NCBI GenBank assembly: GCA_963726745.1
Contig: CAVSDR010000003.1
Coordinates: forward strand, 352,001 to 416,000
Direction: 5' to 3'
DNA: 64,000 nucleotides
Origin: an uncultured Verrucomicrobiae bacterium
Lineage (GTDB): Bacteria > Verrucomicrobiota > Verrucomicrobiia > Chthoniobacterales > UBA10450
Positions within the stretch are counted from its first letter, which is position 1; every line of letters begins with the position of its first letter. This document shows positions 1 to 10,670 of this stretch, piece by piece. Made by a program: the position numbers and the translations under genes. The notes under the pieces were generated by a model. That model did no database searches. It was not told the DNA's origin and was given only the letters and a program-made list of their open reading frames with translations.

Positions 1-463
1 GAAACCAGACGAGCCACGTGAGCAACGCACAACCGAAGAGCGCGACGTAAAGCGCCTCGATCTCGATCATGCGCCCTTTCTCGAGCAGGCCCAGGCTGGT
101 GAGCAGCGCGACCGCGCCGAGGAGCGAACCGCGCGCGCCCAGCAGCCCGCGCCCGAGCGTGACAAAAGCCACGGCGAGCGCGAGGACCGCGAGCACGGAG
201 GGCGCGCGGGCGGTCCATTCATTGCGCGCGCCTAGGACTTTGAACGAGCCGGCAACGAGCCAATTCACCAGCGGCGGCTTCCGCAGATAAGGTTCGCCGC
301 CGATGTGCGGCACGAGATAGTCTCCGCTCGCCAGCATTTCCACCGCGGGCAAAACGCGGTGACCTTCCTCGCTCCGCAAACCCGAGGTGCCGAGCCACGG
401 CAGATAGAGCGCCGCCCAGAGCGCCAGGACCAGCAGGAGATTGGCCGTACGCGACACGCGCAT
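1..463 (-). CDS. ArnT/PMT-like (GT39/GT83) membrane glycosyltransferase, 5' part only (runs off window)
   Basis: Manual translation from ATG at 463: MRVSRTANLLLVLALWAALYLPWLGTSGLRSEEGHRVLPAVEMLASGDYLVPHIGGEPYLRKPPLVNWLVAGSFKVLGARNEWTARAPS. E-x-R...EM...GD..VP...G..Y..KPPL..W and EW.AR.PS are ArnT-family signatures. Not in the supplied ORF track. Confidence 0.8.
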   Translation of the reverse strand, partial: MRVSRTANLLLVLALWAALYLPWLGTSGLRSEEGHRVLPAVEMLASGDYLVPHIGGEPYLRKPPLVNWLVAGSFKVLGARNEWTARAPSVLAVLALAVAFVTLGRGLLGARGSLLGAVALLTSLGLLEKGRMIEIEALYVALFGCALLTWLVWF

Positions 464-498
464 GATTCTCAAGCACCACGCTGCGCCCGCAAGCTCAC

Positions 499-526
499 TT
501 GACGGCACGCCTTAACAAAATACCTT
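499..526 (+). promoter_or_regulatory. Putative sigma70-type promoter of the nusA operon
   Basis: TTGACG (499-504), 16-nt spacer, TACCTT (521-526), upstream of the leader hairpin and nusA. Confidence 0.45.
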
Positions 527-551
527 GATGACCTAGTCCGTTGGCGGATTG

Positions 552-580
552 GAGTGGGAGCCAGTGTCCCACTCTTTTTT
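552..580 (+). terminator. Leader hairpin + U-tract upstream of nusA (attenuator-like, resembles rimP-nusA leader)
   Basis: GAGTGGGA (552-559) pairs with TCCCACTC (567-574), 7-nt loop, followed by TTTTTT (575-580); 23 nt before the nusA ATG. Confidence 0.65.
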
Positions 581-603
581 GTCGGCGGACACGATGCTTT
601 TTT

Positions 604-1854
<1,251 letters not shown>

Positions 1855-1894
1855 CGTGGCTTCCCGGAAGCCATGAAAAGTTTTTACTCACGAC

Positions 1895-4271
1895 ATGCCG
1901 ACCAAGACGACCAGCAGCAAGACCTCCGCCCGCAAGCCCGCCACGACCACGGCGCGCAAGCCCGCGGCGAAGTCTGCCGCGGCTGCGTCCGAGAGCGCCG
2001 CGCCGGAGAAGGCGCCCGCCGCTAAGTCGTCGCGCTCGGCTCCGGGGAAGCATCCCGCCCCGAGCACGATTACCCCGGCTGCGCGTTCCCGCGCCGCCGC
2101 GGAATCTGCCGCGGCCGCCGCGGCTGCTGCGGCCAATGTCGAGCCGCCGAAGAAGCGCGCGGTGGTCGAGTCCGTTTCGTTGATCGACGAAAAGAAGCCG
2201 AAAGCAAAGCGCCCCGAAGGCGAATCACGTGTGCGCAAGTCGATCCTCCCGCCGATCTCGCGCATCATTCCGCCACCGGCTACGCCCGTTCCGCCGAAAG
2301 CGGAAGTGAAACCAGTCGCGCCGCCGCGCCCGCCTCCTCCAGCCGTGGTCGACTTGATCTCGCCGTCTAAACCGGCGCCCGCTGCCGCCATCGCGCCGGC
2401 GGAAGAGAAGCCTGCGGCACCGGCGGAGGAAATTTCCGCAGCGCCTGCGGCCGAGGGCGAGACCGCCGCGCCGACCGAAGGCGGCGAGCCCGAGCAAAAA
2501 ATCATTCACATCAAGCCGCCGATCGTGGTCAAGCACCTCGCGACCGAGCTCGGGGTGAAGCCACACACGCTCATCGCCGAGCTGATGGCGTTTAACATTT
2601 TCGCGAACATCAATCAGACGATCGAGCCGGAAGTCGCGACCAAAATTTGCGAAAGCCACGGCTTCGTCTTCGAGATGGAGCGCCGCGAAAAAGGCGGCGG
2701 CGTGCACAAGGTGGTCGAGACCGTGGTCGCGCCTCCCCCGCCGGTGATCGAGAAGGAAGAGGAACTCAAGATCCGCGGACCGATCATCGCCTTCATGGGC
2801 CATGTCGATCACGGCAAGACCTCGCTCATGGACGCCATCCGCAAGACGCGCGTGGCCGCCGGCGAAGCGGGCGGAATTACCCAGCACATCGGCGCCTACA
2901 CGGTCGAGCATAAGGGCGCGCGCATCACTTTCCTCGATACCCCGGGCCACGCCGCCTTTACCGCGATGCGCGCCCGTGGCGCCCACGTGACCGACATCGT
3001 CGTGCTCGTGGTCGCGGCCGACGACGGTCTCATGCCGCAGACGATCGAGGCGATCAATCACGCCAAGGCGGCCGAGCACGTGAAGATCATCGTCGCGATC
3101 AACAAAATCGATTTGCCGGGCGCGAACCCCGACCGGGTGAAGAAGCAGCTCCAGGAGAAAGGCCTCGCGCCGGAAGATTGGGGCGGCGAAACGATTGTCT
3201 GCGAAGTCTCCGCGACCAAGGGCGTGGGCATCGAGCATCTGCTCGAGATGATGATGCTCCAGGCCGAGGTGATGGAGTTGAAGTCCTCGCCCACTGCGGT
3301 CCCGCGCGGCACCGTGATCGAGGCGCAGGTGGAAGCTGGCCGTGGCCCGACCGCGACCGTGATCGTGCAAATGGGCACGTTGAAAACAGGCGACCCGTTC
3401 ATCTGCGGCGACTTCTGGGGCAAAGTGAAATCGATGCTCGACGACCGCGGCAAGCCGCTGAAAACCGCGGGTCCTTCCACTCCGGTGAAGGTGCTCGGGT
3501 TTACCGGCCTGCCGCAGGCGGGCGATGAATTTCTGGTGATGGACAGCGAGCGCACGCGCCAAGATGCTCAGCGAAGAGCGTCTGCTCGAGCGCCGCGCCG
3601 ACAAGCTGAGCACGCCGCAGCGCGCCACCCTCGAGTCGCTCCTCGAAGCGGCCGACGGCAAGAAGCATCTCCGCATCATCTTGAAGTGCGACGCGCAAGG
3701 TTCGCTCGAAGCTTTGGGCAACGCCCTCGGCCAGATCGAGAGCAAGAAGATCGACCTCGAGATCGTCCACTCCGGCGTCGGCCCGATTTCCGAAAACGAC
3801 ATCTTGCTGGCTAGCGCCTCCAACGCGGTCGTCATCGGCTTCAACATCAAGGTCGAGAGCAACGCGGTGAACGCGGCCAAGCGCGAAGGCGTGCAGGTGA
3901 AGCTCTACTCGATCATTTACGAGTTGATCGACCAGATCAAAGATTCCATGGCCGAGATGCTCGACCCCGAGCATCGCGAGACCGTCATCGGCCACGCCGA
4001 GGTCAAGCAGGTCTTCAAGCTCACCCGCGGGATCGTCGCCGGTTGCCTCGTCACCGATGGCCGCATCGCGCGGACCGCGCGGGCGCGGGTTTTGCGCCGG
4101 CGCCAGCCGGTTTACGATGGCGGGCTCTCGACGCTGCGCCGTTTCCAGGACGACGTGAAGGAAGTGCGCGTGGGCCTCGAGTGCGGCATCAAGCTGGGCG
4201 ACTTCAACGAATACCAGGTCGGCGACATCATCGAGTGCTACAACCTCGAGCAGGTCGCGCAGAAGCTGTAG
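1895..4271 (+). CDS. infB: Translation initiation factor IF-2; split by a +1 indel near 3557 (probable sequencing error)
   Basis: [30 protein letters not shown] in ORF 1895..3814; C-terminal domains (GSLEAL, IIYELID, ECGI) in ORF 3564..4271; Pro/Ala/Lys-rich N-terminus. Confidence 0.95.
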
Positions 4272-4318
4272 TTCGCGCCGCTGCCTGGTCCTGGCAGCCC
4301 GCGGACTAACGAGTCCTC

Positions 4319-4690
4319 ATGAAGCATCGCCTTTTACGCGTCAACGAGCTGCTTAAGCGCGAGCTCAGCACCATCATCACCCGGGATGTGCGGATCGAGA
4401 ACGCCCTGGTCACGGTCAACTCCGTCGATGTCACGCCCGACCTGAAGAGCGCGCACGTTTTTGTCAGCGTTTTGGGCAAGGCAAGCCACAAGGGCGTGGT
4501 CGCGGAGCTGGAGTCGCAGCGCGTCCTCCTGCAGGCGGAGATGGCGAAGCACGTCGTCTTGAAATACACCCCGCATCTCAACTTCCACCTCGATAATTCG
4601 ACCGAGCGCGGCGTCCGTATTATCAAGCTCCTGGAAGAGATCGCGCCTCCGCCCGACGAGCCCGCCGAGGAAGAGCGTGACCACGAATAG
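4319..4690 (+). CDS. rbfA: Ribosome-binding factor A
   Basis: R..RVNELLKRELS, VDVTPDLKSAHVFVS, KYTPHLNFHLD; follows infB. Confidence 0.95.
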   Translation: MKHRLLRVNELLKRELSTIITRDVRIENALVTVNSVDVTPDLKSAHVFVSVLGKASHKGVVAELESQRVLLQAEMAKHVVLKYTPHLNFHLDNSTERGVRIIKLLEEIAPPPDEPAEEERDHE

Positions 4691-5657
4691 CTCTTTCGCA
4701 GAAATAGCCAGCGCTTTGCGCGCGGCGCAGCGGATCGTCATTCTGAGTCACGTGCGGCCCGATGGCGATGCCTTCGGCAGCCAGCTCGCGCTGGCGCTTT
4801 CCCTGCGCGCGCTCGGCAAGGAGGTCACGGTCTGGAACGAGGACGGCATGCTCGAGAAGTATCGCTTCCTTCCCGGCTCCGAGTTGATCCTCCGCCCGCC
4901 GGCGGAACCAGAGGAGTTCGAGCTCGTGGTCGCGCTCGACACCGCGATCGAGAACCGGCTCGGCACCGCCGGCCTGGCCGTGCGCGCGCCGCAGTGGATC
5001 AATATCGATCATCACCCGACCAATCCGCGCTACGGCGACCTGGTTTACATTGACCCGATCGCGCCGGCGACCGGCCAGATTCTTTTCGAGCTGCTCACGA
5101 GCGAGCGCTTCCCGCTCAACCGCGAAATAGCCGACAACCTTTTCGCCGCGATCTCGACCGACACCGGCTCTTTTCAGTATCCGAGCACGACTGCGCGCAC
5201 CTTCGAGATTGGGGCGGAATTACTTCGCCTGGGCGTCGACGTCGGGCGGATGAATCAGTTGCTCTACGAGAGCTATCCGCGCCGGCGGGTCGAGCTTTTG
5301 CGCGAGCTCCTCGGGACGATGCGCTTCGATGCCGGTGGGAAAATTGCCAGCTTCACTCTCAGCCTCGCGACGACACAGAAACTCGCCGTCGAGCCGGAGG
5401 ATAACGAGGGCTTGATCGATCACTTGCGCGCGATCGAGGGCGTGATCGTGGCCGCGTTTTTCGAAGAACTGCCGGAAGGGAAAGTGCGCGTAAGCATGCG
5501 CTCGAAGGATCCTGCGGCCGATGTCTCGAAGATTTGCCAGATGTTCGGCGGCGGCGGACATAAGCTGGCCTCCGGCGCGCGCGTGCGCGGCCCGCTCGCC
5601 GAAGTGGAAGAACGAGTCTTGAAAGCGACCAGCGATGTCATTAACAGCAACACCTGA
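4677..5657 (+). CDS. nrnA: DHH/DHHA1 phosphoesterase (NrnA-like oligoribonuclease/PAP phosphatase)
   Basis: HVRPDGDA, NIDHH, TDTGSF, SMRS and GGGGHKLASG motifs; typical position between rbfA and truB. Confidence 0.88.
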   Translation: MTTNSSFAEIASALRAAQRIVILSHVRPDGDAFGSQLALALSLRALGKEVTVWNEDGMLEKYRFLPGSELILRPPAEPEEFELVVALDTAIENRLGTAGLAVRAPQWINIDHHPTNPRYGDLVYIDPIAPATGQILFELLTSERFPLNREIADNLFAAISTDTGSFQYPSTTARTFEIGAELLRLGVDVGRMNQLLYESYPRRRVELLRELLGTMRFDAGGKIASFTLSLATTQKLAVEPEDNEGLIDHLRAIEGVIVAAFFEELPEGKVRVSMRSKDPAADVSKICQMFGGGGHKLASGARVRGPLAEVEERVLKATSDVINSNT

Positions 5658-6357
5658 CGGCGTCCTCCTGGTCGACAAAGCGGACGGGATGACCTCGCAC
5701 GACGTGGTCGCGCTCGTCCGGCGGCGGCTGCAAATCAAGAAAGTCGGGCATTGCGGCACGCTCGATCCCATTGCCACGGGATTGCTCCTGCTCACGCTCG
5801 GCCGCGGGACCAAGATCCAGGACTTGCTCATGAGCGAGGACAAGGAATACGCCGGCACGCTCACGCTCGGCGCGGTGACCGATACGCAGGATCGCGCGGG
5901 CCAGATCACCGAGGAGAAGCCGGTCCCGGAATTAGACAGCGAGATGGTGCGCGCGGCCTTCGATAAATTCCGCGGCGATTTCTACCAAATGCCGCCGATG
6001 GTTTCCGCGATCAAGCAGGGCGGCGTGCCGCTCTACAAGCTCGCGCGCCAGGGAAAAGTGGTCGAGCGCGAGCCGCGCCTGGTGCACGTCTACAGCTACC
6101 GGGTCGACCGGATCGAAAGCCCGGAGATCGACTTCACGGTTAATTGCTCGAAGGGCTTCTACGTCCGCACCTACGCGCACGACATCGGCGAGTCGTTAGG
6201 CTGCGGGGCGCATTTGAAAAATCTTCGCCGCACCCGTTCCGGCCGTTTCCTGGTCGAAGGCGCGATCACCGTGCAGGAGATCGAGCAGTCCGATCCGGTG
6301 GACATCCTTTCGCGCATCCTCTCGCTCCCGGAAGTCTCGCGGATGCGCGGCGCCTAA
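5635..6357 (+). CDS. truB: tRNA pseudouridine(55) synthase
   Basis: DK..GMTSHDVV, KVGHCGTLDPIATG, PPMVSAIKQGGVPLYKLAR, CSKGFYVRT. Confidence 0.95.
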   Translation: MSLTATPDGVLLVDKADGMTSHDVVALVRRRLQIKKVGHCGTLDPIATGLLLLTLGRGTKIQDLLMSEDKEYAGTLTLGAVTDTQDRAGQITEEKPVPELDSEMVRAAFDKFRGDFYQMPPMVSAIKQGGVPLYKLARQGKVVEREPRLVHVYSYRVDRIESPEIDFTVNCSKGFYVRTYAHDIGESLGCGAHLKNLRRTRSGRFLVEGAITVQEIEQSDPVDILSRILSLPEVSRMRGA

Positions 6358-6368
6358 CGAGTGCCGAG

Positions 6369-7289
6369 ATGCACGTGCTGCGCGCCATCCCGGAACTGAG
6401 CGAACTGCGCGGCCCGGTCTTTGCCGCGATCGGCGTCTTCGATGGCGTGCATCTCGGGCACCAGGCGGTCATCTCCACCTCGGCGAAGCACGCCCGCGCC
6501 GCCGGGGGCACGCCGGTGGTGATCACCTTCGACCCGCATCCGGTGAAGGTGCTGCGGCCGGAGAACGCGCCTCACCTGCTCACGGCCACGCAGCACAAGA
6601 TCGCGCTCATTCGCGATCTCGGGGTGGAGCATTTGCTGGTGGTGCACTTCGACAGAAATTTTGCCAGCACGCCGCCGGAAACATTCGTGCGCCAACTGGT
6701 CGAGGCGGCGCAACCGCTCCGGCAAATCTGCGTGGGCCACGAGTGGTCTTTCGGGAAAAATCGCGCCGGCAATCTCGATCTTTTGCAGCGCCTGGGCGCG
6801 GTGCACGCCTTCGAGGTCATCGGCATTCCGCCCGTTTCCGCGAACGGCACCGTCGTCAGCAGCACCGCGATCCGCGCCGCGGTGGAAGCAGGCGACTTCG
6901 CGCGCGCCGCGGAAATGCTCGGCCGCGAATACAGCATTCTCGGGACGGTGAAACGCGGCGCCCAGCTTGGACGACAACTGGGTTTTCCCACGGCGAATCT
7001 AAGCGCGCACAGCGAGCAATTTCCGCCCAACGGCGTTTATGCGGCCGACGCCACTGTGGGTGAGGAAACCTTCCGCGCGGTTGCAAATCTCGGGTATCGC
7101 CCGACGATCGACGCCGCGCAGCCGGAGCGTTTGCTCGAGCTGCATCTTTTCGAACTCGACCGCGAAATCTACGGCGAGGACGTGGAGGTGCGCTTCCGGC
7201 GTTATCTGCGGCCGGAGAAGAAATTCGCCGGCCTCGAGGAATTGAAGGCGCAGATCGCGCGCGACGCTGCCGAGGCGCGCCGCGACTAA
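6369..7289 (+). CDS. ribF: Bifunctional riboflavin kinase/FAD synthetase
   Basis: IGVFDGVHLGHQ, TFDPHP, SSTAIR, GRQLGFPTAN, LRPEKKF; likely ATG at 6369. Confidence 0.95.
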   Translation: MHVLRAIPELSELRGPVFAAIGVFDGVHLGHQAVISTSAKHARAAGGTPVVITFDPHPVKVLRPENAPHLLTATQHKIALIRDLGVEHLLVVHFDRNFASTPPETFVRQLVEAAQPLRQICVGHEWSFGKNRAGNLDLLQRLGAVHAFEVIGIPPVSANGTVVSSTAIRAAVEAGDFARAAEMLGREYSILGTVKRGAQLGRQLGFPTANLSAHSEQFPPNGVYAADATVGEETFRAVANLGYRPTIDAAQPERLLELHLFELDREIYGEDVEVRFRRYLRPEKKFAGLEELKAQIARDAAEARRD

Positions 7290-7621
7290 AGCCGATGGCC
7301 GCGCAGGCGCGCGACTGCGACCGTGGTCCCCACAGTCATGACCGCGAGCCCGCAGGCGCCGGCAATCAGGAGATCGGTCGCCAGCGGAACCGCAACCAGG
7401 AAGAGCGCGGCGCTGAGGACGAAGTTGCCGGCTAAAACCAGCGCGATGAGGCAGGCGACGACCGTCGTGCCGAGGAGGATTGCGAGCCGGGCGCGGCTCG
7501 CCTGCGGACGCGCCGCGGGCAGCTGCTGCAGGACGCGCGCGGTAAAGCCGGCGTCGTCGAGATACGGCGCTTCCTCGCGCAGGCGCGCATCCAACCAATC
7601 GTCTTGCAGTTGTTCGTCCAT
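7286..7621 (-). CDS. Small membrane protein, probable anti-sigma factor (DUF5056-like)
   Basis: DDAGFTARVLQQLP motif then 2 TM segments; directly downstream of ECF sigma gene. Confidence 0.6.
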   Translation of the reverse strand: MDEQLQDDWLDARLREEAPYLDDAGFTARVLQQLPAARPQASRARLAILLGTTVVACLIALVLAGNFVLSAALFLVAVPLATDLLIAGACGLAVMTVGTTVAVARLRGHRL

Positions 7622-8158
7622 TTAATTGTTCGACCAGGCAGCCAGCGTTTTCTTCAATTTCTCCCGTCCGCGGAGCACATTTGTTTTCACCGTGCCGAGC
7701 GGGATTTCAAGCACGCGCGCGGCTTCATCGTGCGACAAACCGTTCTGGCAGCAAAGCAAAACCGCGGTGCGCTCGTGTAACGGAAGCAAGCCGAGGGCCT
7801 GCTGCAAATCCTGGCGCAGGCCCGCATCAACGGTTCCGGGATCTTGCTCCGCCTCGAGCCGGGCATCATCGATGCCGACAAATTCCTTCCGCCGGCGCGC
7901 TTCCTCGCGAAAGCAGTTGTAGGCGATGCGGTAGAGCCAGGTGGAAAATTTCGCCTCGCCCCGAAAGCTCCGGATATTTTTGTAGGCCTTGATGAAAGCT
8001 TCCTGCGCGAGGTCATCGGCCAGCGCGGGATCGGTGCGCGTGAGTTGCCGGAGCAACCCACGCACCGCCGACTGGTGTCGCCGCACGAGCTCGGAGAAGG
8101 CGTGCTGGTCCTCCTCGAGGATGGTCCGTGCGACGAGATCTGCATCGGTAAGCGACAC
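7622..8158 (-). CDS. ECF-type RNA polymerase sigma factor
   Basis: Region 2 (DDLAQEAFIKAY..FRGEAKFSTWLYRIAYN) and region 4 (LSHDEAARVLEIPLGTVKT). Confidence 0.92.
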   Translation of the reverse strand: MSLTDADLVARTILEEDQHAFSELVRRHQSAVRGLLRQLTRTDPALADDLAQEAFIKAYKNIRSFRGEAKFSTWLYRIAYNCFREEARRRKEFVGIDDARLEAEQDPGTVDAGLRQDLQQALGLLPLHERTAVLLCCQNGLSHDEAARVLEIPLGTVKTNVLRGREKLKKTLAAWSNN

Positions 8159-8167
8159 GCCCGGAGG

Positions 8168-8884
8168 CTAGGCGACCGGAGGTTGGTTGTCGGTACTCCT
8201 GTGCACCAGCGGCGCTTTCGAGCTCTCGAGTTTCCAGACGAGCAGGTAGCCCAGGCCGATCAGGAAAGGAATGGCGCCGATCGCCCAGGAGCCGCCGCGC
8301 CAGTTGTTATCCGCGCCCAGGAAGACCATCAGGCCGAGGCCAACCATGAGGAGGATGATGCCGCGGCGCATATCCGAGCGGGTGCGCACCGCGGCGGTGG
8401 CGAAGAGCGCTTCCGGCACCGGCTGGCCTTTCTCCACCAGGAGACGCACGGTCCGATGCAGCGAGCGCGCCTTCCAAAAGCTGAAGAGCATGATCAGGCC
8501 GACGATTAAAACCGGCGCGCCGAAGAGCGTGCTGAAAATGATCCCCACGATCGGGATGGCCATGAGCGCGCCGAGATCCTCGCTGTCGCCGCCCTTCCGG
8601 TGGACCACGATCTTGTCGGGCCGCCCGTGCCGCTCGGGGGCGGCATCCACGTCCACCGCCTCCTCTTTTTGCCCGCTGCGCCGGACCTTGCGCTCGATTT
8701 GCGCTTCGAGGGAATTCGGGTTCGTGCTCGCGGCCGGGACGGCCGTGGGAGCGACCGCGGCGGGAGTGGCAGCCACCGTGGGCGCAGGTGGCGCTGTGGC
8801 ATCCGGCGGAGGCGTGGGAATTTGCGCGACGGCCGCGGCCAGGAGGGCGCTGGAGCAGAGAAAGGTGAGGAGCGAGGATTTCAT
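8168..8884 (-). CDS. Membrane protein with signal peptide, Pro/Ala linker and DUF6249-like C-terminus
   Basis: ATG at 8884 (MKSSLLTF...); LHRTVRLLVEKGQPVPEALF...SDMRRGIILLMVGLG...GAIPFLIGLGYL pattern. Confidence 0.65.
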   Translation of the reverse strand: MKSSLLTFLCSSALLAAAVAQIPTPPPDATAPPAPTVAATPAAVAPTAVPAASTNPNSLEAQIERKVRRSGQKEEAVDVDAAPERHGRPDKIVVHRKGGDSEDLGALMAIPIVGIIFSTLFGAPVLIVGLIMLFSFWKARSLHRTVRLLVEKGQPVPEALFATAAVRTRSDMRRGIILLMVGLGLMVFLGADNNWRGGSWAIGAIPFLIGLGYLLVWKLESSKAPLVHRSTDNQPPVA

Positions 8885-9050
8885 TCTTAAGGGTGAGATG
8901 CCGCCAGCGCGCGCTTTGGATTCAAATATTTCCCCGGACGCCGCAACCCGGCGAAAACGGCAAATTGCCCTTGCGCGAAGAGGGCGGGTGGACATTATTG
9001 GCCTCCTTCGCCTAGGCCCAGCGGTTTCCCGCGCTGCCTGCGGCTGAAAT

Positions 9051-9125
<75 letters not shown>

Positions 9126-9126
9126 G

Positions 9127-9747
9127 CTACGGCTGGCGAGCCAGCCACTCCTTTACCAGCACGAGGTCGCTCCGCGCGAGCATGTGGCCCGTCGGCTGGA
9201 TTTCGAGACGCACCTGGGCGCCACGCGCTTCGAGGAGGGCGGCAAGTTGCCGGCTATTTTCTGCCGGGACGAGGGCGTCAGTCGCGCCGGCGCTGATCAG
9301 GACGCGGTGGCCGGAGAGATCGGGCTTTGGCGGTTCCGTGAGGGAAACCTGCCCGCGCAGGAGGACAGCTGAGCGCAACACTTCCGGCCGAAGAAGCAGC
9401 ACGGCCGAGGCGATGTTGGCGCCATTGGAATAGCCGACCGCGGTCACGTCGCTGAGCGCAAAGTCATAATTCCCCGCGGCGGCTCCGAGAAAATCCGCCA
9501 ACTCATGCGCGCGACGGACGAGATCTTCCTCGTCGAAGACGCCCTCGGCGATCCGCCGGAAAAAACGGAGCGCGCCGTTCTCATCCACCTTCCCGCGCAG
9601 GCTCAGCTGCGCCGCCTCCGGGTCGAACTCACGGCCGAGAGCCAGCAGGCTGTTCTCATCGCCGCCGGTGCCGTGGAGGAGGAGCAGCACGCGCGAGCTT
9701 CCCTCGGTGCCGGGAATCCACTTGTGAACGAAATCCAAATCGCGCAT
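9127..9747 (-). CDS. Alpha/beta hydrolase (phospholipase/carboxylesterase, MhqD/YodD-like)
   Basis: LLLHGTGGDE, RFFRR..EGVFDEEDL, GYSNGANIA nucleophile motif, terminal GH. Confidence 0.88.
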   Translation of the reverse strand: MRDLDFVHKWIPGTEGSSRVLLLLHGTGGDENSLLALGREFDPEAAQLSLRGKVDENGALRFFRRIAEGVFDEEDLVRRAHELADFLGAAAGNYDFALSDVTAVGYSNGANIASAVLLLRPEVLRSAVLLRGQVSLTEPPKPDLSGHRVLISAGATDALVPAENSRQLAALLEARGAQVRLEIQPTGHMLARSDLVLVKEWLARQP

Positions 9748-9761
9748 GGCAGAGATTACGC

Positions 9762-10574
9762 ATGGCGAAGCGCGCGCAAATTTTCCTTTGGCAACGAAGC
9801 GCCAGCCCGGCCTGGCTCGCGGCGCATGCGGCCGAGTTGCAAGCCGCGACCGGTGGCGAGCATGCGATCGTGGAACGGCCCGGCCGGGCGCGCGCGCTCA
9901 TCCAGGCGCCGTGCGCCGACGATTCCCTCGTCCGAAAATTTGGCGGCAAGATGGAGAAATTGCCGACGGATTGGCTCCTGCAATTCGCTCCGCAGAACAA
10001 GCCCATCCGCATCGGCACGCGGCTGGTGATCACGAGCGAGGAAAGCGATGAACCGAATGCGCTCCGCATCCCCGCGGGCGCCGCTTTCGGCACCGGCGAG
10101 CATGCGACCACCGCGATGTCGCTTCGCTTGCTCGAGCGCTACACGCGCCGGCTCACGCCCGGCTGGCGAATGCTCGATGCCGGGACCGGCTCGGGCATTC
10201 TCGCACTCGCCGGCCGACGCTTCGGCGCGGGCGAAGTGCTCGCGATCGACCACGACGCGCTGGCTATTTCAACCGCCAAACGCAACGCGCGGGAGAATGG
10301 GATCCGCCGGGTGACTTTCGTCGTTGGCGACGTCCGCGACACCCTCGCGGGGCGCTACGATTTGATCGCGGCCAATCTGTTCTCCGAGTTGCTCTGCGAG
10401 GTGCTGCCTGGGTTTGCCAAAGCGCTGGCTAAAGATGGCCGGTTGATCCTTTCCGGGGTAATGCGCCTGCAGGAAAGCCGGGTTCTCCGGGCCCTGCGCG
10501 CCGCCGGTTTCGGGCCGCGCGAGACGCGCCGGCGCGGGAAATGGATCGCGCTCGTGGCGGAAAAACGCGGTTGA
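9762..10574 (+). CDS. prmA: Ribosomal protein L11 methyltransferase
   Basis: AFGTGEHATT, LDAGTGSGILA, YDLIAANL, LILSG. Confidence 0.85.
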   Translation: MAKRAQIFLWQRSASPAWLAAHAAELQAATGGEHAIVERPGRARALIQAPCADDSLVRKFGGKMEKLPTDWLLQFAPQNKPIRIGTRLVITSEESDEPNALRIPAGAAFGTGEHATTAMSLRLLERYTRRLTPGWRMLDAGTGSGILALAGRRFGAGEVLAIDHDALAISTAKRNARENGIRRVTFVVGDVRDTLAGRYDLIAANLFSELLCEVLPGFAKALAKDGRLILSGVMRLQESRVLRALRAAGFGPRETRRRGKWIALVAEKRG

Positions 10575-10670
10575 CGGCGACGCGCCACGTAAGCACCTTC
10601 CCGCTCCGTTCGCGGTCTCGTTCTCCTGCAACTACGCGGTGATCTGTCAGGCCGCGCCTGGACCTTTTTT

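Noticed and set aside
3501..3880. Programmed frameshift or split IF-2
   Set aside because: No slippery sequence or stimulatory structure seen; the same kind of indel occurs in six other genes
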